From: a virus
DNA: 64,000 nucleotides
Strand: one strand, 5' to 3'
Virus record (IMG/VR): IMGVR_UViG_3300025096_000004
Location: 96,001-160,000 of that record
Below, piece after piece: positions 19,310-28,458 of the stretch. The notes under the pieces were generated by a model. The model did no database searches, was not told the DNA's origin, and worked only from the letters and a program-made list of their open reading frames with translations. The position numbers and the translations under genes were made by a program. Within the stretch, counting starts at the first letter, position 1. The number at the start of each line of letters is the position of its first letter.

Positions 19310-19861
19310 ATGGCTAATTCAGAAATGTTAAAAGTAGTACAAGGACTGGCACAAGCCGTCTCCGATATTAAAGCAAACGGTCACGATGAACGTTACGCTT
19401 ATGATGGCGAAGCTCGCACAGTTGGTCTCAAAAGAGAAGAGGGAGACATTATTCTTGATAAAAGAGTTAATGATGGTTTTACTGTTAAATTTGTGGGCCA
19501 TATGCTTTGCATTCACTATCAAGCTGACATTATGTTAAAAGATATTTATGGTGGCAAGTTTGAAAATGAAATGCAACTTATGATCAATCAAGTTAAAAAG
19601 GCAATTCAAAAAGAATATAAAAAGGTTACTGGCGATTCAGTCACTTTAACTGGCGTTGACGAACCATATATTTTGGCTTCTTCAGTATCAAGGGTTCGCT
19701 CCTTTGTCCAAGCTCATCAATATTTTAAAATTTCTGGAATCAAAGAAAACGAGTATACTGGTGGCTCCGAAGATCGAAAAATTGAAGACTCATGGCGAAA
19801 ATTTTTAGACCTTGATAATAAAAATAAGCGACCACCCAACGACACAAGACCAAAATCATGA
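19310..19861 (+). CDS. Hypothetical protein upstream of terminase
   Basis: AAGGAG SD; 183 aa; C-terminal EDSWRKFL motif. Confidence 0.65.
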   Translation: MANSEMLKVVQGLAQAVSDIKANGHDERYAYDGEARTVGLKREEGDIILDKRVNDGFTVKFVGHMLCIHYQADIMLKDIYGGKFENEMQLMINQVKKAIQKEYKKVTGDSVTLTGVDEPYILASSVSRVRSFVQAHQYFKISGIKENEYTGGSEDRKIEDSWRKFLDLDNKNKRPPNDTRPKS

Positions 19862-19870
19862 TGAGAGATT

Positions 19871-21454
19871 ATGGCCTATCAACCTTCAAAACAAGAAATT
19901 GTAAAAGAGATTCTTAAATCAGGCAAAGATCCTGTTTATTTTATTAATAATTATTGTCGCATCTCGCACCCTATGAGGGGCTTGATCTCTTTTAAGACAT
20001 ATCCTTATCAAGATGATTTGCTTAATGATTTTAATGATTACCGCTTCAGCATTATTTTAAAAGCCCGCCAGCTAGGAATTTCAACCATTACTGCTGCTTA
20101 TTGCGTTTGGATGATGCTGTTTCATAGAGATAAGAATGTTCTTGTAATGGCAACCAAATTCGGAACAGCATCAAACTTGGTTAAAAAAGTTAAGGCGATG
20201 ATGAAGAACCTTCCTCCTTGGATTCGCATTTCCAACATTAAGGTGGATAATCGATCTTCATTCGAGCTTCACAATGGGTCTCAAATTAAAGCAACATCAA
20301 CATCCGGTGATGCGGGTCGTTCCGAAGCGCTCTCTCTGTTAGTGATTGATGAGGCTGCCCATGTGGACGGGCTAGATGAATTATGGACTGGTCTTTATCC
20401 TACACTATCAACAGGCGGCAGGTGTATTGCCCTATCAACACCCAATGGGGTCGGTAATTGGTTCCACAAGACTTATGTCGACGCTGATAATATGGAAAAC
20501 GATTTTCATCCAATCAACTTGGCGTGGGACGTACATCCTGAACGCGATAGGGTTTGGTTTGAAAAAGAGACAAAAAATATGTCTCGGAGACAAATTGCTC
20601 AAGAGTTGGAGTGTAACTTTAACACATCAGGAGATACAGTGATCCATCCCGATGATTTAGCTAGATTGAACGCCGCAACTAAAGAGCCAAATTATAGAGT
20701 CGGCCACGACAGAAATTTTTGGCTTTGGGAGAAGTTCGCCGAAAACTTTACTTATCTTATGGTCGCCGACGTAGCCCGAGGTGATGGTTCAGACTCTTCA
20801 ACCTTTCATATCTTGAAGCTAGAAACAATGGAGGTGGTGGCTGAATATCAAGGAAAACCCAGTCTTGATCTATATTCAAATATATTGTTTCAAGCTGGTC
20901 ATGAATATGGAAAGTGTTTGCTAGTGGTTGAAAACAATGGAATAGGCATTTCAATTCTCGAGAAGCTTATAGATTTAGGATATCCAAATTTATATTATTC
21001 CATAAAAGGGACTCACGAGTTTGTTGATTCGATACAGGGCGAAGTAAACAATAGAGCCCTTCCGGGGTTCACAACCTCAACCAAGACCCGCCCATTGATT
21101 GTGGCAAAATTAGAAGAGTTCATAAGGAATGGACTAATTACTTTATATTCTAGTAGGTTGTTTCATGAACTTAAGACATTTATTTGGCATAACGGTAAAC
21201 CACAAGCGATGCGTTCCTATCATGATGATTTGGTGATGTCATTGGCGATAGCTTGTTGGGTTAGGGATACAGCCCTACAGACAAGCCAAAAAGATGTTCA
21301 ATACAAAAAAGCAATGCTTGACGGTATGTTCATGAAAACTACACAAATGAGTACCACAATTGAAGGAATGGAAGGGCATAAAAAATCTTTTGATGAGAAA
21401 TACGAAGAACAACAGAAGCAAGCAACTGATTTTGCTTGGATTTTTAAAGGATAA
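19871..21454 (+). CDS. terL: Terminase large subunit (T4 gp17-like)
   Basis: LKARQLGIST Walker A, VIDEAAHV Walker B, STPNG motif, VADVARGDGSDSS and HDDLVMSLAIA nuclease Asp motifs. Confidence 0.95.
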   Translation: MAYQPSKQEIVKEILKSGKDPVYFINNYCRISHPMRGLISFKTYPYQDDLLNDFNDYRFSIILKARQLGISTITAAYCVWMMLFHRDKNVLVMATKFGTASNLVKKVKAMMKNLPPWIRISNIKVDNRSSFELHNGSQIKATSTSGDAGRSEALSLLVIDEAAHVDGLDELWTGLYPTLSTGGRCIALSTPNGVGNWFHKTYVDADNMENDFHPINLAWDVHPERDRVWFEKETKNMSRRQIAQELECNFNTSGDTVIHPDDLARLNAATKEPNYRVGHDRNFWLWEKFAENFTYLMVADVARGDGSDSSTFHILKLETMEVVAEYQGKPSLDLYSNILFQAGHEYGKCLLVVENNGIGISILEKLIDLGYPNLYYSIKGTHEFVDSIQGEVNNRALPGFTTSTKTRPLIVAKLEEFIRNGLITLYSSRLFHELKTFIWHNGKPQAMRSYHDDLVMSLAIACWVRDTALQTSQKDVQYKKAMLDGMFMKTTQMSTTIEGMEGHKKSFDEKYEEQQKQATDFAWIFKG

Positions 21455-21458
21455 ATAA

Positions 21459-23411
21459 ATGGCGAAAAATAACAAAAACCCATATAATAATGAATCAGAT
21501 TTATTCAGATCACTGACTAGATTGTTTTCTGGGCCCATCTTGAACAGAAGAACCCAAACTGGCCGACAGTTGCGTCGGAGACATTTGGATGTCTATTCTA
21601 AATGGTTTAAGTCTGCTTCAGGAAGACAGTTCAAGAAAGCAGAATACAACCCAATGAATATAACTTCTGCCAACATGATTTCAAATCGAAATAGATCAGA
21701 ACGATATGTTGACTTTGACCAAATGGAGTATATGCCAGAGATTGCATCGTCATTGGATATTTACGCAGATGAGATGACAACTCATTCTGATTTGCAACCA
21801 ATGCTCAAGATTAAATGCCCAAACGAAGAAATTAAATCAATTCTTCAGGCTCTTTATCATAATGTGCTTAACGTTGAATATAATTTATTTGGTTGGTCTC
21901 GTACAATGTGTAAATATGGAGATTTGTTTTTATATATGGAACTCGATGAATCTCTTGGAGTCAAGAATGTTATCGGACTCCCACAACAAGAAGTCGAGCG
22001 CTTAGAGGGCGAGGATATGTCAAATCCGAACTATGTCCAATTCCAATGGAACTCCGGCGGCCTTACTCTTGAAAACTGGCAAGTAGCTCATTTTCGAGTT
22101 TTGGGACATGATAAACATGCTCCATATGGAACATCAGTTCTTGAAGGCGCCCGCCGAATCTGGCGACAATTAACTCTTTTAGAAGATGCAATGATGGCTT
22201 ATCGTATTGTACGCTCTCCAGAGCGCCGTGTGTTTTATATTGACGTTGGTGCCATTGCTCCTCAAGATGTTGAACAATATATGCAAAAGGTTATGACCCA
22301 AATGAAGCGTCATCAGGTTGTTGATCCAACAACCGGCAAGATTGATCTTCGCTATAACCCGCTTTCAATTGAGGAAGATTACTATATTCCGGTTCGTGGC
22401 ACTTCAAATACCAAGATTGAAAACCTCCAAGGTGGCCAATTCACTGGAACTGTCGAGGATGTAAAATATTTAAGAGATAAATTATTTGCTGCTCTCAAAG
22501 TGCCCCAATCTTACTTGACTATGGGCGAAGGCGCCACCGAAGACAAGACCACCCTTGCTCAAAAGGACGTTCGCTTTGCCAGAACCATCCAACGCCTCCA
22601 GCGCGTTGTGACCTCGGAGCTTGAAAAGATAGGAATTATTCACTTATATACTCTTGGGTTCCGAGGTGATGATCTTTTATCATTTAAGCTTGGATTGAAC
22701 AACCCTTCTAAAATTGCAGAACTTCAGGAACTTGAACATTGGAAACAGAAATTTGATGCCGCCGGAGCCGCGACCGAAGGGTTCTTTTCAAAGCGCTGGA
22801 TTGCCGAAAATATGCTTGGCATTTCTGAAGATGAATTTCTTAGAAACCAAAGGGAGATGTTCTTTGATAAGAAGTTTATGGCAAGCCTTGAAGCTTCCGC
22901 CGAAGGTGCCGCCGCAGAAGGCGGTGAAGGTGGAGGATTGGGCGAACTCGGCGATCTGGGGGGTGAAGGTGGAGAAGAAGGAGACCTCGGCGACCTCGGC
23001 GATTTGGGCGATGAAGGGGAAGAGGCTGGTGGAGAAGAAGCCACAGCCGCCGATGAAAAGGAATCGCCCTTGCTGGCTGAACCGCCGGGAAAAAGAGACG
23101 ATAGTCAATATGGCATCCGCAACAAAGGGGGAACCTCAAAGAGAATTAAGAGCGAAGCAGGTATAACCAGAGACGCCATCAGGGCCACTCCAAGAACAAT
23201 TAATCCGGGCTGGAAGGGAGACCATGGTATGAATCCCCTTGCCAATATGTCGAAAAGTTATGTCACTTCCGGACCAATGGGAATTATGTTTGAGCAAAAA
23301 ACTGTTGACAATGATTTGTTGGAAGAACAAAAACTATTTAGTGTAAATAATGAAATAGAACACCTTTTAAAAAGTCTAAAGGAGAAGAAAAAATATGAAG
23401 ATGAAACATAA
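21459..23411 (+). CDS. gp20: Portal protein (T4 gp20-like) with acidic C-terminal extension
   Basis: EIASSLDIYADE, YGTSVLEGARRIWRQLTLLEDAMMAYRIVRSPERRVFYIDVG, EDYYIPVRG and ALKVP motifs; directly after terL. Confidence 0.93.
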   Translation: MAKNNKNPYNNESDLFRSLTRLFSGPILNRRTQTGRQLRRRHLDVYSKWFKSASGRQFKKAEYNPMNITSANMISNRNRSERYVDFDQMEYMPEIASSLDIYADEMTTHSDLQPMLKIKCPNEEIKSILQALYHNVLNVEYNLFGWSRTMCKYGDLFLYMELDESLGVKNVIGLPQQEVERLEGEDMSNPNYVQFQWNSGGLTLENWQVAHFRVLGHDKHAPYGTSVLEGARRIWRQLTLLEDAMMAYRIVRSPERRVFYIDVGAIAPQDVEQYMQKVMTQMKRHQVVDPTTGKIDLRYNPLSIEEDYYIPVRGTSNTKIENLQGGQFTGTVEDVKYLRDKLFAALKVPQSYLTMGEGATEDKTTLAQKDVRFARTIQRLQRVVTSELEKIGIIHLYTLGFRGDDLLSFKLGLNNPSKIAELQELEHWKQKFDAAGAATEGFFSKRWIAENMLGISEDEFLRNQREMFFDKKFMASLEASAEGAAAEGGEGGGLGELGDLGGEGGEEGDLGDLGDLGDEGEEAGGEEATAADEKESPLLAEPPGKRDDSQYGIRNKGGTSKRIKSEAGITRDAIRATPRTINPGWKGDHGMNPLANMSKSYVTSGPMGIMFEQKTVDNDLLEEQKLFSVNNEIEHLLKSLKEKKKYEDET

Positions 23412-24210
23412 TAAGAAAAGAAATACCGCTTTTCTTTACGAGTCTTTGGTTAAAGAGTTAACAAAAGCAATAGTCAGAAAACAACATGTTAGAAAAAAAC
23501 AAGTTGTTGAGATTATAAAAAAATATTTTAATAATAACTCTGTGCTTAAAGAGGAATTAGATATTTATAATTCTTTAATTGCAACCGGCTCTTTAAATAA
23601 AGAATATAGTTTGCGACTTATGCATGAAAGTAAAAAGGACTATGATTTGCTTGACAAAAAGAAAATCTTTAACATGCAAACAAGCTTGATTAAAGAGATT
23701 AATGAATCACTATCCAATCAAGTATTCGCAAACTTTATTTCAAACTATCGTCAACTTGCTAATATTGGACAATTTTTTGATTCTAACAATTTGAATGCAA
23801 AACAAAGAATTTTGGTTGAATCAAAGGTTGTTGGAATGTTGATAAATAAGAAGAAAGAGACCAAAGATATGAAGCATATTGATAATTTAACTTACAACAC
23901 TTTTGTGAATAAATTTAACAGAACCTATGAGTCATCGCTGAGAAAAGAGCAGAAAGATTTGTTAACAAATTACATTACGTCTTTTTCTGACAACGGCCTT
24001 GGGCTGAAGTCTTTTCTTAATGAGGAGATTGGACGTCTAAAGGTGGTTCTGAATGCTGCTGCCTCTAAATCAAATATTGATCGGCAACTTGCCGAGAACA
24101 CAAAAAAAGTTATAATAAAATTGGAATCATTTTCTAAAAAGCAAATAACTGAACAACTGGTTAGAGATATATTTTATATTCAAGACCTAGCTTATGAGGT
24201 GAATAAGTAA
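23395..24210 (+). CDS. Hypothetical head-module protein (MKMKHNKKRNT N-terminus)
   Basis: 271 aa helical ORF between portal and protease. Confidence 0.65.
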   Translation: MKMKHNKKRNTAFLYESLVKELTKAIVRKQHVRKKQVVEIIKKYFNNNSVLKEELDIYNSLIATGSLNKEYSLRLMHESKKDYDLLDKKKIFNMQTSLIKEINESLSNQVFANFISNYRQLANIGQFFDSNNLNAKQRILVESKVVGMLINKKKETKDMKHIDNLTYNTFVNKFNRTYESSLRKEQKDLLTNYITSFSDNGLGLKSFLNEEIGRLKVVLNAAASKSNIDRQLAENTKKVIIKLESFSKKQITEQLVRDIFYIQDLAYEVNK

Positions 24211-24812
24211 TGACCATCAATGTTAAAATTACCAATGATCAGCCCGAAGAGGATTCCAATAAGGTGAACGTCAAGATCAAAAAATCTGATGAAATACAGG
24301 TTGAGATCGTAAAAGAAGACCCTCCAATATCGTTTAAGTTAAATGCTCGCAAAGCAATGAATGGAGATATTATGATTTTTGATCATGCTGATATCGACAT
24401 CATCATTTTAACAGAAAAGAAAAAAGTTGTCGCCTTTGCAAAAGAAATCATGAGCGATATTGTTTATGGTGCTGAATCGAGATTATTTGAATATTTGCGC
24501 AAACGAGGTATCGTTGCTTTTGACTCAATACAGGGCGGCAATGTTTATGGATCCCTTGAGGCGAAAATACATGAATCAACAGAGTTCGACCCAATTAAGA
24601 TGACATTACTTAATGTATCTAAATGGATGGATGACGAACGCCCCTATTTTGAATCATTAAAGGCTCATGATGAAATGATGGACGATGCAATTTTGGAACC
24701 AGATGTGGAAAATTCAACAGAACTTGGCGAAGTTCCCCATGAAGAAGAGAAGGGTTCGATTTTGCAGCATAATTTGTTTGCACCATACTTGTACGGGAGA
24801 TACACATACTAA
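24210..24812 (+). CDS. Hypothetical head-module protein
   Basis: 200 aa; TAATG coupling. Confidence 0.65.
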   Translation: MTINVKITNDQPEEDSNKVNVKIKKSDEIQVEIVKEDPPISFKLNARKAMNGDIMIFDHADIDIIILTEKKKVVAFAKEIMSDIVYGAESRLFEYLRKRGIVAFDSIQGGNVYGSLEAKIHESTEFDPIKMTLLNVSKWMDDERPYFESLKAHDEMMDDAILEPDVENSTELGEVPHEEEKGSILQHNLFAPYLYGRYTY

Positions 24813-25156
24813 TGAAAATAACACAAAAACAACTTAGAAAGATTATAAAAGAGGAAGTTGAAGAGACCATGAAAGAATATGGTTCTGATAAAAGAAGTAT
24901 TCCAAAGCAAGCTTGGTTAAAAGCCATTTCTGATGCCAACATGACGGATCAAAACCACCGCCCAATAGGCGAACAGACGTTAAATAATTATGGATATTAT
25001 TATCAGCCAAATCGCGACATTGGAGACTCTCGGTGGACCGGCGCCTTTTATAAACCTTACGATGCAATGGCGGATAGCGGAGGTATTTATGCTGAAAATT
25101 GGGCCGACAAGGCCATTAAAGCAGCAATGGAAATGTCTGGCGATGTTGTCGAATAA
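24812..25156 (+). CDS. Putative internal head protein (MKITQKQLRKIIKEE leader)
   Basis: Leader similar to the 16421-17905 family. Confidence 0.65.
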   Translation: MKITQKQLRKIIKEEVEETMKEYGSDKRSIPKQAWLKAISDANMTDQNHRPIGEQTLNNYGYYYQPNRDIGDSRWTGAFYKPYDAMADSGGIYAENWADKAIKAAMEMSGDVVE

Positions 25157-25172
25157 ACAATAAGAGGTACTA

Positions 25173-25490
25173 ATGGAATTAATTTGGTTTATGTTAGCCG
25201 CTTTTGGCTTAACACAAATTCTTGTATACGGGAAGATTTTTGATAACTATAGGCCAGCCAAAGAACAATACAAAGGATGGGGAGAAGTATTTCATTGTCC
25301 AATGTGTATGGGCTTTTGGACTGGTGTATTTTTATTTTTCATAAATGGTTTCACAGAACTATTTACATTTGATTATAATTTAATTAATATGTTGATATGT
25401 GGATGCACGTCCTCGGGCACGTCTTATATACTTAATATGTTATTTGGAGATTATGGTCTTAATCTAAACATTGGAGATAAAGATGAATAA
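25173..25490 (+). CDS. DUF1360-like membrane protein
   Basis: GAGGT SD; hydrophobic helices around HCPMCMGFW (CxxC..W) typical of DUF1360. Confidence 0.6.
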   Translation: MELIWFMLAAFGLTQILVYGKIFDNYRPAKEQYKGWGEVFHCPMCMGFWTGVFLFFINGFTELFTFDYNLINMLICGCTSSGTSYILNMLFGDYGLNLNIGDKDE

Positions 25491-25548
25491 AGTATGGACA
25501 CAAAAGTGGATGCTTCAACCAGTAAGGCATTGTTGTAAGGGTAGCTGA
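25483..25548 (+). CDS. 21-aa microprotein MNKVWTQKWMLQPVRHCCKGS, not in ORF track
   Basis: GGAG SD at 25473-76, 8-nt overlap with the upstream stop, followed immediately by a terminator. Confidence 0.5.
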   Translation: MNKVWTQKWMLQPVRHCCKGS

Positions 25549-25551
25549 CTC

Positions 25552-25579
25552 AAGCGGGTAGCGCCCGCTTTTTATTTTT
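25552..25579 (+). terminator. Rho-independent terminator
   Basis: aagcggg-tagcg-cccgctt hairpin followed by a T-rich run. Confidence 0.75.
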
Positions 25580-25592
25580 AAGGAATTAACAG

Positions 25593-25949
25593 ATGAAATT
25601 GACAAAAGCCAGACTTAAACAGATAATTTTAGAAGAAATTAACGAAATGCGTGTCACGGATATTGCCGGCGATGATGAGGATCGTGCAATTGATGCACAC
25701 CGCCGCGCCAAGAGAGCCCGTGGCGAATATCCCCGCCGACCAACTGGTGGATATGAAGATACTCGATGCCCTGCCGAAATTGAACAAGCTCGCAAGGAAG
25801 GAATGGTCGAGGCCACAAGAAATATTTTAGAAATGTTCCCCGGCGGCGGCCTTATGGTAGATCAAAATACATATAATGCTATTCAAGAAATGGCCCCTGA
25901 ACTGCTTGACAGAATATCGGTCACCCGATCACGACGAAGAGAACAATAA
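25593..25949 (+). CDS. Putative internal head protein (MKLTKARLKQIILEE leader)
   Basis: AAGGA SD; shared leader type; coupled by TAATG to the prohead protease. Confidence 0.65.
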   Translation: MKLTKARLKQIILEEINEMRVTDIAGDDEDRAIDAHRRAKRARGEYPRRPTGGYEDTRCPAEIEQARKEGMVEATRNILEMFPGGGLMVDQNTYNAIQEMAPELLDRISVTRSRRREQ

Positions 25950-26560
25950 TGTCAAAAAAGCTTTTAACAGAATATTTTGAATTGTGTCCCGATGGTGCAT
26001 GTCTCGATCTTTTGAACGAAAGAGAAAAGAAAGAGGTCATGGAAGGTGGTATGTATTTAACAGGCCGCATTCAGTCCGCTGATGTTAAAAACGGCAACGG
26101 ACGAAAGTATCCTGAAAAAGTCTTAAGACGAGAAATGGAGAATTATATGAACGTTGTTCGAGACAATAGGGCTACCGGAGAATTGGATCATCCTGATGAT
26201 TCTGTTATTAATTTAAAGAATGTATCTCACATGATTACAGACATCTGGTGGAAGGGAAAAGATGTAATGGGCAAAATCAAAGTTCTTAATACACCATCCG
26301 GCAGAATATTAAAAGATCTTGTAAATGCTGGTGTAAAAATTGGCATTTCTTCTAGAGGTCTTGGTTCTGTCAAAGAACAGATGGGGGAATCGATTGTGGA
26401 AGATGATTTTCAACTAATCTGTTTTGATATTGTATCAGAACCATCCACACCAAATGCTTATGTTTTCCCCAAATCAGATCAGCAGCGCTTCAAGATGGCT
26501 GTGCGCGAAGGAAAAGAAAACAGTATCAACAATTTATTTAAAAAAATATTGAGGGATTAA
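25949..26560 (+). CDS. gp21: Prohead core protease (T4 gp21-like)
   Basis: NGNGRKYP, GELDHP, VSH, GISSRGLGSV and FDIVSEPSTPNAY motifs. Confidence 0.93.
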   Translation: MSKKLLTEYFELCPDGACLDLLNEREKKEVMEGGMYLTGRIQSADVKNGNGRKYPEKVLRREMENYMNVVRDNRATGELDHPDDSVINLKNVSHMITDIWWKGKDVMGKIKVLNTPSGRILKDLVNAGVKIGISSRGLGSVKEQMGESIVEDDFQLICFDIVSEPSTPNAYVFPKSDQQRFKMAVREGKENSINNLFKKILRD

Positions 26561-26563
26561 AAA

Positions 26564-27562
26564 ATGAGCTATTCAAGTGATAAAAAACATAAGTTAATGT
26601 TTGAGAGTTGGAGAAAATTTGTCTCCGAAGAGGCAGATCCAAAGAAAATGTCTGGAGAGGATTTTCCAATGAAACTTGGCGATGTGGGTTCAAAATATAC
26701 ACCCCAACAGGCTAAAAAAATTGCAGTAGGTGGACTTAAGGATGGAGATAAATCAGACGATATTATTAATGCCAAGCCCGGCGGAGGTCCAGTTTCTAAA
26801 CTGAAGCCCTCTCAATCATCAATGAATATCGGAAAAGCTGTTGCTTTTGCAATAGCAGCGATTCTTGAAAACGAACCTTTTCCAACAGGTCCCGGGGGCG
26901 ATTTGGGAGCAATTATAACCAGTGATAATCATATTATGGATGGCCACCATCGTTGGATCGCTAGTGGAATGATCGACCCATCTGCTAAAGTTCAAGGATT
27001 TATAGTAGATTATCCCGCGAAACAATTGATTTCTGTTCTAAATGTTCTTACTCTTCACTTTACAAAAAGTCCCAAAGGAAAACCCGGAGGGGGCAGTTTT
27101 AAAGATTTTAATGAAAAGGCAATCGGAGCGGTATTACAAAAATATGCTGCTGATGGGGTGTGGTCCGCTGGTGATGACCCTGCCATGGTTATGAGCGCTT
27201 TGGAACAATTTACAGGACAAACTGGCGAAGCAGCCGTCCCCCTTGCTGCAAAGAAAATGGCCAAAAACGTAAGTCAATTGACACTTTCTGTTCCTTCTGG
27301 TTTTCCACAGAGAGAAGATATGCCTATCATCAGCGCCAAAAAAGGACACTTGGCCTTGGCAGTCAAATTGTTAAACTCCGGCGCTATTGATGTAAATCCA
27401 CAATATGCTGGAGACACCGGTGAGCCCGGCGGAGTCGTTCCTGATTCTGGGGGAACATATGAAAAAGGCTCCCAAGCTGGCGCTGATTCCGATCAAGCCG
27501 AAAGAGAAAGGAAAATGAGAGACCTTGAAGAAAACAGAAAACGACGAAGAAGAAAAAAATGA
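26564..27562 (+). CDS. ParB/Srx-like domain protein with MSYSSDKKHKL..E.WR.F leader
   Basis: LKPSQ and IITSDNHIMDGHHRW ParB N-terminal-like motifs. Confidence 0.65.
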   Translation: MSYSSDKKHKLMFESWRKFVSEEADPKKMSGEDFPMKLGDVGSKYTPQQAKKIAVGGLKDGDKSDDIINAKPGGGPVSKLKPSQSSMNIGKAVAFAIAAILENEPFPTGPGGDLGAIITSDNHIMDGHHRWIASGMIDPSAKVQGFIVDYPAKQLISVLNVLTLHFTKSPKGKPGGGSFKDFNEKAIGAVLQKYAADGVWSAGDDPAMVMSALEQFTGQTGEAAVPLAAKKMAKNVSQLTLSVPSGFPQREDMPIISAKKGHLALAVKLLNSGAIDVNPQYAGDTGEPGGVVPDSGGTYEKGSQAGADSDQAERERKMRDLEENRKRRRRKK

Positions 27563-27609
27563 GCTATTCAAGTGATAAAAAACATAAGTTAATTTTTGAG
27601 AATTGGAGA
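26564..27609 (+). repeat. 5' direct repeat: first 35 nt identical (49/51 nt) at 26564 and 27559
   Basis: atgagctattcaagtgataaaaaacataagttaat starts both genes. Confidence 0.9.
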
Positions 27610-28458
27610 CGGTTTCTAAAAGAAGACGCCATTGACGATTTCATTAAGGGAAGTGGAAAGGGATTGCATGACTATACCGCTATGCTAAAGAGCATCGCCG
27701 GCGACCCTGAATTCCGTAAATTAGCACTTTCGGGCCGTGACGACAGCGCTGGCCCAGCCGATGAATCAATCCAAGTGCATGGCGGTAAGCCGGTACCAGC
27801 CATCGATTTGGTGCCAACTCAATTTGACATTGATACGGAAAAAAGTCTTGGAGATCAAATGGTTAACCGCTTCAACGGAACTGAGTATGCCTTAGAAGAG
27901 GGCTCTCCAATTCTTATGGGCTCTAAGGAGGGAAGAATTCCTGTATTGGTGTTCGACAATAAATATATTTTAGATGGTCACCACCGATGGTCGCAGGTGG
28001 TTATGACAAACCCCGGCGGCATCATGGCAGTTGATAATTTGTCTGCCCCAGCTTTTGGCTCAGGCCAAGAAGGCGCAGAACTTGCTTTAAAGGCAACACA
28101 GTTGGCCATCGCCGGAATCGCCGGAAATGTTGTCACAAATGACACTGATGTTAATCTTTTAGAAGTAGATGTTGCCACTTTGGAAAAATATGTTTTAAGT
28201 AGAATAAGTGATGAAGTTGTGCAAATGCTTTTTAATGCCGAAAAGATACCCAAAGCGGATAAAAGATTGGCTGCCAAAATGTACGGCAAGAATCTTATGT
28301 TGGTCCAAAGAGCACAAAAGGGTAAATTCCAAAGAAAACTTGGCATGCCTCAAGCCGCCGATTCCGGAACTAACCAAGCTAAAGTCAACAAGGCCCTTGA
28401 ACAAGGTCTTGTCAATTTTGATTCCCCTGAGAGAGATGATATAAAGGGCAAAAAATGA
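27559..28458 (+). CDS. ParB/Srx-like domain protein with the same leader
   Basis: LVPTQ and VFDNKYILDGHHRW motifs; ATGA overlap. Confidence 0.65.
   Translation: MSYSSDKKHKLIFENWRRFLKEDAIDDFIKGSGKGLHDYTAMLKSIAGDPEFRKLALSGRDDSAGPADESIQVHGGKPVPAIDLVPTQFDIDTEKSLGDQMVNRFNGTEYALEEGSPILMGSKEGRIPVLVFDNKYILDGHHRWSQVVMTNPGGIMAVDNLSAPAFGSGQEGAELALKATQLAIAGIAGNVVTNDTDVNLLEVDVATLEKYVLSRISDEVVQMLFNAEKIPKADKRLAAKMYGKNLMLVQRAQKGKFQRKLGMPQAADSGTNQAKVNKALEQGLVNFDSPERDDIKGKK

Noticed and set aside
25546-25579. TGA followed by a hairpin as a possible selenocysteine codon with SECIS
   Set aside because: The hairpin is followed by a T-run typical of an intrinsic terminator, read-through would add only a few residues, and no Sec machinery is seen.
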